From Balanoglossus misakiensis (taxonomy: Eukaryota; Animalia; Hemichordata), in contig CM082576.2 in the NCBI GenBank assembly GCA_040954595.2, positions 8,745,129 through 8,809,128 of the forward strand: a stretch of 64,000 nucleotides of DNA. The letters run 5' to 3'. Positions 54,432-64,000 of the stretch are shown piece after piece. Both the position numbers and the translations under genes were made by a program. A model generated the notes under the pieces. It saw only the letters and a list, made by a program, of their open reading frames with translations, was not told the origin of the DNA and searched no databases. Position 1 is the stretch's first letter. Every line of letters begins with the position of its first letter.

Positions 54432-55694
54432 CGCTGTTTTTCGGACGGTATTACACGGATTTTTGCAAGATCCCCCCCGATTTCATGTTCTCTCTTTCTC
54501 TCAACGAAACAATAAACAACTTTGGAGAGGGAATATTTGAAATGATCCGTTTAATGGGGGCAATATGCTGTGGAGCCGAAAATTCATTCTTGGGTGAAAT
54601 CGGCCTGGAACAAATAAATCTACTGTTTCATTCTCTGGCGGGCCACATGTATCTACAGGAAGTCGGCTGTCAAACACAACCCTGGAAAATCTGTCAAAAG
54701 GAGGAAAAAAAAGTTTGAGCTCTTTAATCAGGCCGAATCACTTCAGTCTCCCATTGTGTTCTTTGATCGCGCCAACAAGTGTGTGAACTATTGCACGGAA
54801 TCATTCTGATGATCAAACAACGGCATTCTTACACACCGCTCTCATCATTACTGGCACCAAGCTCCGCACCACACAGGAAGAGATTTTTTATTTTCTTTTT
54901 TTGAAGGAGTCATAAAAACTCGTCTGTTGTGGAAACCTTTTGATCCAACAAGGGGGCGGGGAAATCGCAGCACAATGGTTGGCAGATTTACAAATTGCCT
55001 TCTTTGATGTCCAGAGGAAGTGGTGCTGAAAATATGCTGTGAGCAACAGGTGTGTTTATGAAGTTCGACGGATCAATAAAGCCACTGTGCACGCATAGAA
55101 TGGCACCCTTCATCATCGGCTCCCATCGCACACTATTTTTCTATTATTCTCATAAAAAAAACAAAAACAACCTCAAAGGTTCTATTCAGCAGTGAAATTC
55201 TTAAGGCATGCCGTAACAGAAAAAGATTTTCAAAAACTGTGACGAATTCAACAGGGGATTTGGGGGTTTATTTTGATTTCTTTTTCCCTTCTTTGTCTGA
55301 GAAAAGTTGATTGGCACCGCTGACTATTTTGTTCACGGGTGGCACTGTTTGGGAAAAATATGGCACTTCCTGCCGGGGTGCATCAGAGTTTTCTTTGACC
55401 GGTTTAAAGTAGGACACCAATACGGAGGTACAATGGTACCGATTCTTTGTCCTGTTTTGACTTTTCTATTGCCCACTTGTTGATCTCTTCTGGACAATGT
55501 CTGCTCTGGGTTGCCTGAGGATTAGAGAGAGAAAGCTCACGATGTATATTGCCACACTGCAGCAATTAAGAGTCCAGTAATCATTCAGCCTATCATCAAA
55601 GGCAGCAAAGTAGGTAATCATACAATGTATCAAGGGATTATCTGTGTGGGTACCAAAGCTAGCGTCTTGTAGCTCCTTGCAATTCAGAAAAAGG

Positions 55695-56098
55695 CAGTGT
55701 ACGAAATAAAGCCTGTCCGACAGTCCGAGACTGGTTGTTTTTCTGTAGGACTGGTAAAAATAAAATGTTACCAGTCCGACAGACAGGTTGAATTTAGCGT
55801 GGGAGTAACCAGTGGTATCATGGCATCTTTTAGACTTTCCCCAGTTCATGTATTGCAAATAAAAGAAACAATGATGTAAAAGCTTAAAAATTATCAAATC
55901 AAAGTAATGTAAAGAGAAAGATGATTCCATCCCATCTTCAATTGTTCACAGATAAGGTAATAGCTTCTCAGTTGTATTTGATTACATTTAATTGTAAGGC
56001 ATAATATCAGGACTGGTAAGTTTTTGGCAGGACTGGCAACTTTTTGAAGTTGTCAGCCCTGGTGACTGGTTGATATTTCCTGTGAATTTCGAACACTG
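55695..56098. mobile_element. MITE with CAGTGT TIRs and 7-bp TSD AAAAAGG (P-element-like or hAT-like)
   Basis: TIR CAGTGTACGAAAT and ATTTCGAACACTG; AAAAAGG at 55688-55694 and 56099-56105; repeated subterminal GACTGG/CCAGTC motifs. Confidence 0.78.
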
Positions 56099-57334
56099 AA
56101 AAAGGTGAAAAACAACTACAGCATGATGCAATAGAGTCAGAAAGTTGATACTGTAACATTGTGATATATCAATTGGACTGCTGCGTTTCTTGTTTTACTC
56201 CCTGGAGAATGCACAATGCCTATTATTCAGACTCTACCACAAAAAGAACCGACCAAAACTGATGCAATCGCTTCAGCAAGTTGATATTGAGCTCGGACAG
56301 AAATGTTACAAAAACACAGTAGTGACGTATAGAGCAATTGCGTCATCCCTGCAAAATAGTCTGTCTTGAACAATGGCAATAGTGGGCACGTGTGCCTTAC
56401 CACACTACCACCAGACCTCCTCAAGTGAACGCAGTCATACTTCACATCAAGTGAGCGGAAGTCCCCCCCCCCCACCCCCCTCTCTACCTATAAACTCACT
56501 GTTCTGGTACCAAACGAGACTAGCATCCAGCGGACAGGCCAGTAGATGAACAATATCTTCTTACTTTATGATAACCTCGGCAGGTTGTCTTTGTCTTCAG
56601 GCTAAAGGGGTGAAATAGAAGCTGGCCGGCGCACAATGGACTTCCTATCCAACGAATTGTCTGCAGCAGTCTCCCAGTCTGCAGAGGAAGTTCTAATTGG
56701 CAATCAATTAAGGTCCTGATATCCAAATAAACATCTCTCCATGAGGCTGTCTTGAGTAGGCTGGCTTTATGTGTCCCCCGGCTCTTCAGCCAAGTCACTT
56801 AATCCTGGGGATTGAGTGACTTCATTTTGGATGAACTTTCGGAAATATTCCGTTTCCACACTTCTGGGCCATGGTCAGTTCAAGACCATAAACTTGGTCG
56901 AGTTGATTTTTGTGTACATGTACATCCTGTTGACCACATGATCTATTTTGGGATGTCTTTCTCAGGTTGTCAAAAATGCGAACTGTATACACTAAATAAA
57001 TTGTTCAAACAGATGTGTTTAGGCATAAAACATGTACTGCTCCAGTATGAGGTGCAAACTGGAGTATTGATGGTCTTGCAGACAGATTGATGGTGAATGA
57101 ACCGTGGCCAACCTCGGGGCAGCGATCATGGGCAGGATGTACAACAGGGATATAATTGATCAACCTGTCATTCACCACCAGCGACTTCACTTCACAAGAG
57201 TGTAGTAACTCAGTGATAGTTTTGGGACACTATTTTGCTATTTTAGTGTACATACAACTTACATGAAGTTTCATGTACACACCATGCAAGACTGGTTGAA
57301 AAGCTGCCTTGGCTTGAGGACATTTGTCAATTAC

Positions 57335-57426
57335 CTGACTGACAGATTGACTGACTGATTGCTGCCTCTCAACACAACAATGACCAACTGACTGACTCAT
57401 TGACTCACTGAATCGCTGACTGACTA
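57335..57426. repeat. Degenerate (GACT)n repeat
   Basis: Multiple CTGACTGA units read directly. Confidence 0.6.
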
Positions 57427-58328
57427 CTGGCTAAATGAACTTCCTGACGGACTGGACTGTAATACCAAGTTACAAACCAAATAAGTTTCAATCAATAACC
57501 AATTACAACTCGGGTTAACTTCCAAAAGCAGCCACTTGCAGCCAGAGCACTGAATGATTTGTTTGCTGATAAACTGGTAACTAAAGAAAGACTGGGTAAA
57601 ATTGGCCACAACATGGCGAGCAAAGTATTTATAAGTCAGTAATGCCACCATTAGATTCTGCACGCAGATGACTGACATGGTGAGTGACTGCCCGTACTTA
57701 CTGTAACTCAACCTGTTAATTGCCTGATGGGTGTTGCATGACTAACCACTGAAATGGTCAACATGGTGACTGAATGAGTGACAAAATAGGTCACCACTGA
57801 CAAATTCAATCATTTAGCATTAAGTCAGTTTGGACAACCTCTGCATTTCAACATCATTTTAATGATTCTCTCCACTGAACATTTAACACATCATTCAAGA
57901 CTATGCATACACTCCCACCATGAGTGATAGCTCCTCCGAGTACGGCTTTGCATGGTCAGACATATTGGTTATTTTGAGCCGTCTTAGAGCCTTCACCTGC
58001 ACAGGGCTGGCTTAAAACTGCCTAAGTGTGAACGCCACGACAAGATCATGGCGCTAGAAGTACCGTATCACTAACATCCCAGCGTCCCCATCTGTGAGGA
58101 CAAGGTTTTTTTTCATTCAGTCAACTCAACAGTAACATTTGTAGGCAATGTCACAGGTCCTGACAGTAACACGTCCCAGGATGTAATATGAGTGTGTTTA
58201 CAATTTGCAGGGCTGTATGCGTGAGTTTTTCTACTAGTATTGAGTATACCAACCATCTGTAGCTAGCAAGACACCTGATAGCTATTTGGAATACACATCA
58301 TGTTTCTAGTCTACCAGAAAGTATTATA

Positions 58329-58514
58329 CTGTAAAACAGGAAATTTTCGCGACAGGAAATTTTCGCGATATCAACAGAGGCGACTTTTTTCGCGACAATC
58401 AATATTCACATTCTCTTGTACACACTGTTCTTTCGTGACTATTTATTGTCACATTGTTTGGCTCTCTGGAAGTTTGCGGAAATATATCGTTTGTGAAAAT
58501 TTCCTGTCTTACAG
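58329..58514. mobile_element. Tc1/mariner-type MITE with TA target site
   Basis: ta|CTGTAAAACAGGAAATTTT ... AAAATTTTCCTGTCTTACAG|ta; internal TTTTCGCG repeats. Confidence 0.8.
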
Positions 58515-60457
58515 TATATAATATACATATAATGGTAAGCATGCATATGAATTAGCGGCAGTATTAAATACGCAAGGGGTTGTAACAGATACAACAGAGC
58601 ACAATTTTGTACCGGTAACTATAGATATGGCATTGAAATTTTAATTAGTGGTTGGCTTTGTAAAATATGTTGCTCTAATTGCGCTTTATATCCATTCTAA
58701 ATATAGAGTCACCACCATTTATTTATCTCTGAACCACTGCCTTATCGCCAATCAGATGCAGTCAGTTGTAAATTTAAACATCATCCTGGTATGGCCTGTT
58801 TACTCATTAGTCTTTACACAGGGATGTCCGGATCCGCATCCGGAACCGAGGTAATTTGCCAATTATCAACTTCTCCCTGCGTGGGTGCTTATATTAAAGG
58901 CGTTAATTTTAGTGAAGTCACATGTTCTGAGAAGTCGAAGTATGAGTTACTATTTATGAAGTGTCACTCTAATGGCCATGTCATTTATTCTCTGAAGTGA
59001 TGATCTCGATGAACTTGACATACTTGTACTTTTGCCTACTCTATGTGATATCTTTGGATCTTACGCAGCACAAGTATGTCAATTATGAGGAAGCACTTAA
59101 TAAATATCTATTCCGTCATTTCTGTATACACACGGGGCTGACTCATGATAACCAAGTTTAGCATGAACTTTCACCTGATGGTGTCAAACAAACTCGGCTA
59201 CGTGAATTTTCCTGTTTAAAAATCTAACCACGTCACTGTTGTGGAGTTCAAGAAACTACTCAGGGGGGTGGGGGGAGAGAAGTGGTTGAAGATAGGAAGT
59301 GGTACTTTATGATTGATTGTGTACGAGTCTTGAAATGGAGTTGCAGATCCTTTTCTGATAGCGTCTCCTGATCTACTCAACATGTGGCTTGTAGTTTTTC
59401 ATCCGTTATAAAGTGAATCAGTGGGTATGTTTGGAGTTCTTTATAACATGTATAGTAGACAGACAGATGTTAAATGACTCCATAAGCTCCATACTCTTAC
59501 ACAAAAGTTAGCTCAAAAATATCATTTTGTTTTTGGGGATAGAATTAATGGATATTAGCCTGCTCCCAATAAAGGGGAATCTGAAAGGTGAAATTCCCTT
59601 TGAATGACGTAAAACAAGTCAGTTGACGAACATCATGAAGTTTATCTGGTTGTAACTAAATGTCAGCATGAAGCAAAATGTTGTTAGTAATCAAAAATGT
59701 GAATATTTAGTATTTCAGAATGTCATCACAAACTTAAAAGTCATCAGTAATCACAAAGATTACTTCAGTCCGCTATCAGTTGAATCAATTCTTTTCCTGT
59801 TTTATCAGCTATGTTACATGCAAATGTAACTAATCCTGCAGCAGGTATATCTTGTTTCTCATTTAATCAATTTCAAACACAAACCAAGCTCTACAATCAG
59901 GGAGCCCTAAGCATTCAATACGTACACCAAATTTAAACAACAGGTAATGAAAGAAAAATATTTCTGTCTGGTTACTATCTGTAAAACACACTAATGCCAA
60001 CTACATGTATTTTTATTATCAAAGGTTATTTATAAAGTTTTCATTAGTATCATATGTGACAAAACATCCTTTATACGTAGTTCATAACTTGTTAATTTAT
60101 GCGTGTAGCGTTTGCGTCATCTGCTGAATCAAAAATATTAGAAATGCGTGTATTTTTATTAACATGGCTTTAAACGATTAAGGGATCATCGTCATGCATA
60201 CGAAGAGCAAATAAAACAGTTGATATGTATTTGTGTTAACACAGGCCCAGGGTTGACAGGTGATGTTTTACTTATTTTTGGCTCTGAGTATAAAAAAACT
60301 TCCTCAGTATGGCTTTCTCATGACAAGAGAATAATGTCAACACTACAACAGTGTATTCTTACATTTCAAAATACCACAGTACAAAATCTGAGACTGTGAA
60401 AACCGGGCACACGCATGTAATTTTGAGTCCTCTAGGGCCCTGGGTAGTAGACTTTTA

Positions 60458-60541
60458 CCCTTTCACCACCATGGTTTGGTCCAAATCCATTGTTTTCTGT
60501 GGTAAATTTGGACCTCTAAAAGGGAACAGGGGGTGAAAGGG
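60458..60541. mobile_element. 84-bp piggyBac-like MITE
   Basis: TIR CCCTTTCACCACC versus GGGGGTGAAAGGG (12/13 match), flanked by TTTA and TTAA. Confidence 0.72.
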
Positions 60542-60604
60542 TTAAAGTGGTGTACATTTGATTTTAATTTTGTCTTGACATGTCGAATATAAGTGAAGAC
60601 AAAC

Positions 60605-60873
60605 CTGATTTTGATTGACATTGAGTTCAATAGCTTGCAGACTGGCCAGTGCATCGGGCAGCAGAGTGAGTTTGTTCTGTGAGAGATCGACCACATCGAG
60701 ATTCTTCAACTCACACAGTTCGAGAGGAAACTGGGTGATCCCGTTTCCACACAGAGAGACCGTCTTCAGTGATCTCAGTTTCCCAAAGGTGGCCGGTAAG
60801 CTTGTTATCCTGTTGCTGTTGAGAGAAACTGCCTCCAGTTTTGTCAGATTTCCAAATTCCAGCGGGAGAGAGG
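60605..60873 (-). CDS. LRRC57: LRRC57 internal exon (LRRs: ASLPLEFGNLTKLEAVSLNSN...IELNVNQNQ)
   Basis: 269 nt, phase 1/0, LxxLxLxxN repeats. Confidence 0.95.
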
Positions 60874-62748
60874 CTGTGAAAGAGAAATTCGGGGAAAAGC
60901 CTAAATTTGAATGTCTTATGAAATATACATCCATCAGAAATATCCACAACAATTTTAATTTTAGTGATGTATTCAAATCAAATATTCACTGACATTATGC
61001 ATTGATATGACAGTAGCCCATATACATTTTAATCTCATGAGATAAGATACCCCAGTTGCAGAGAGAATATGGATTTCTTTCTTTTTTCTTTCAGTATTAG
61101 GCTTGATCACAGTTCTCCATTCACCTTGATTTCAGATGACCTTTTGTGCAAAAATCGGTCAACATTATCTAACTTCATCTAACTTTTGATTCACACGCAC
61201 ACAGATTAATCTACATGACAAGTGGGTTAAATGTCAGAGTAGATCCAAGACAATGGGAAATTAGGCAACATTACACCATTGCTTCCTGCGGTGAATGGGC
61301 CGGGCAAATAACATGGCATGGTAAGCATGCAGTGTCGCAATCTACGGCACATGCTTCTTGCGTGCTGCCTTGGATGGCCAAGCGTTTTTGCATAGGGAAT
61401 AATCAATGGGAAAATACTGGCCTAGGGCTGACACACACACACTGCAGGCATGCATGCCTTGGAAGGATCTGGAAAGGTCTGACATGTCTGTGTGCACCCT
61501 GGGGTGTGTTTAGTGGAGGCAATGCATATCACCCTGCATGTGTACATGTAGTGCATGTTGCCTGTACAGCATTGGCCCCAGTTGTAATCCCAGTCAGGGC
61601 AATTGCTCCCCATAGAGACAATACACGTAACTCTTTCTCTGAGCCTTGTTAGCAATGTACATGTAATTACACAGTATTGTATGCAGCATAGCTTTTGAAT
61701 ATCTATTTCAGAGCTGAGATATTATGAATAATACAAATCCTAAAAATAACTCAATTTGTTTTATAGGTTCCAAAACGAAAATAGCTGCCAGTACAGTGTA
61801 TGTGTGTTACATGTATATCGAATGTGATCTGCCAATCATGGCAAAACTAATATGAATGACACCAGTCCCTTTGGAGGAGACTATTCATTTCCATCAGGTG
61901 GCTGAGATGCAGAGAACATCAGCATTATTTTCATGATATTTCTGCCAAACTTAATCTATTAAAAACCGATGTACATTTGTACTTGGCTGAAGAGAGTATA
62001 AGATAAAGAGCGCCCTCAAAGGCAGAAGCAATTTTTTCACTCTTTTCGCCAATACAGTAATGGATCAGTGTTGGAGATATAAATTGCTGGGGATGCTTGA
62101 AGAAATAACTAAAATAACAGCAATAAAATTGATCTAATATTTCCATGGTGACATAATGACACCCCATGAATAAAAGTAATGCATGATAAATGGAGATTTC
62201 CTATCATGTTTGTCCATGTTGCTGATCAGGACAGATGAAGACAGTTCTGTGTTTTCTCCAAAAAAGATCACGGAATGTGCTTAATGTGGAATGATATAGT
62301 ACATCGCTGAATGAATCAGCTGTATCGACTTGAGAAAAAGGAATGTCTTCAATGTGACCTGATTTATCAAGTTACCAAGTGAATCAGGTATAACTTTAAT
62401 AAGATATGAATCTTGGTGTGCTGATGGTTCATTAAAGTAAGAGTATCCTACAGTTCATCTGCTGCGCAGGATCTGTGGAATAGCATGATCTGGCAGGCCA
62501 CAACTGCTTGTCAAATACTGAGAGGGGGATGTATGGCATCCCCTTAAATTGTGGGGGGGGGGGTTACAATCCTCCTTTCAGTAACATTATGGGTGAAACA
62601 GTTAGGAATAGATTGGAAATATCTTTAAAACCCCAAAATAGTATGCCAGTGTGGCATACTACTTCTGGAGTGATAAAATATTGTGACCTGTGCAACATTC
62701 ACACAAACCACAAGTATTACTATTAAAGTCTTGTGGTGATAAACTTAC

Positions 62749-62884
62749 CTAGTCTGTTGCTATTGGCAAGAAAATTTTTCAGTAGAGTAAACTGGGCTAT
62801 GCTCTTTGGCAAGACTTGTAATTTGTTGTCAGAGAGATCGAGAGTTCTCAGGTTTTTAGTGAGTCTCATTAATTCTGGAGGTAC
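62749..62884 (-). CDS. LRRC57: LRRC57 internal exon (VPPELMRLTKNLRTLDLSDNKL...NSNRL)
   Basis: 136 nt, acceptor ttacag, donor gtaagt. Confidence 0.94.
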
Positions 62885-64000
62885 CTGTAACAGAATGAGA
62901 AACAATTCTCATTGGAAATGGACCACATCATAAATGTACCAATTATCTACAATATATTATGAGCGCGATGTTGGAATTGAACACTTTATGGACTTGAATC
63001 CACATCAGTATTATGAGGTTAACCACAGAAAAGATTTGAGTATGCTGCATGGTCTATGTGGTGTAATACATCAGATTGATTTAATCGTTTGTTTTCCGTA
63101 TCAACTTAAGCTTCTTGATTTACTCCTTGAAGGAGCACTTCTTTTGGTATAGATGCAATGACTGTAGCGGGTGCTACTAGGTTGCTGTCAACCCGCTACA
63201 ATAATTGCAGCTATACTTTGGGTTCTCTTTTATAGAGTATATCTACTTTGTGTAAATGTAGGTCAAAGAAACTGTAGTGTAGAACAAAATACATCGAGAC
63301 CATACATCGTCCCAAATTCAGTGTGACAGCCCATCATTTTAATTCAAGCCAACAGATAATATTGATCGTGCATAAAACATTATCTCGCCCATTAAAATAT
63401 TTCGCGATAAAAAATAGACCCACAGTGACACACGTCAGTAGCACTTGAGAACCTTGTGTGGTATTTTTTTTTTCATGGAATGATATAACTTGTCAATAAA
63501 TCTTCTTTTTGCTTCATAAACGTCCAGCTTGGTGTCTTGAGAGCAATTAATTTGAGAGAAGAGATGAGGACTCTTTAATGACTTTATTTGCATTTGAATA
63601 GTGAACTTACCTTTTGACGATGAACCCCCCTAGCTGGACGACAAAATGATCTAAACGTATCATGAACGTTTATTTTGTTGGCACCATTCATTAATTTACT
63701 TTTTGAAGCATATATAAATGCAATATATTTCGATTGTAATATGAGTGCATTTCGAGTGTATTAAAGTAATTTTCGTCGTACGAGGTCTCCTTCACTCCAT
63801 TAATTATGACCAGGTTCCGTGACGTCGTCTGCCCGGATATTATACTAACAGGGACGCGGATTTCGCATACTAGTATCCTGTCCAATTTTGGAAGCATAAC
63901 ATGACTTATCGAGTCTGGCAGGAAAAAATTTAAACACTCTGAAACACGAGGTAACGATCATTATAATCTATGACGACAAGTACAAGAAATTCCCTACCTC

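Larger units (their letters stand above)
52034..62884 (-). other. LRRC57: Gene span: leucine-rich repeat-containing protein 57, first exon not found in the window. CDS join (minus): 62749-62884, 60605-60873, 52667-52852, 52034-52075
   Basis: LRR array plus the diagnostic C-terminus CPRLKVLRIEENCL...GNLFEMKK...EGYDKYMERYTATKKKF; phases consistent. Confidence 0.94.

Noticed and set aside
63605-63640. Strong minus-strand donor AAG|GTAAGT as a candidate LRRC57 exon 1
   Set aside because: The upstream sequence does not encode the expected MGN...TGV N-terminus; the true first coding exon is probably beyond the window.

Overview
This is eukaryotic, intron-rich animal DNA. The repeat style (TACATGTA-rich, TTAA-flanked MITEs) suggests a marine invertebrate deuterostome such as a hemichordate, which is inference only. 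Six spliced protein-coding genes can be reconstructed by hand with consistent exon phases. (1) Tau-tubulin kinase TTBK on the minus strand, ATG at 12463, probable non-coding first exon near 21.2 kb, running off the left edge. (2) The SNARE VTI1B, minus strand, 7 exons, 224 aa. (3) An orphan 200-aa type II membrane protein with a heptad cysteine ladder, minus strand. (4) An orphan 374-aa protein with a PD-(D/E)XK nuclease-like motif pattern, degenerate catalytic site and acidic tail, plus strand. (5) A clan-2 cytochrome P450, plus strand, 3 coding exons, 510 aa, with a GC-AG intron inside the heme motif. (6) LRRC57, minus strand, first exon not found in the window. The most striking non-coding structure is a near-perfect 644-bp foldback element (315-bp arms, one mismatch, 9-bp target-site duplication) between the VTI1B 3' end and the TTBK promoter; each arm carries an outward-facing YY1-like motif and a splice donor. 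Several MITEs and microsatellites are also present. No rRNA, tRNA or CRISPR array was seen. All calls are by-eye; no database search was run.
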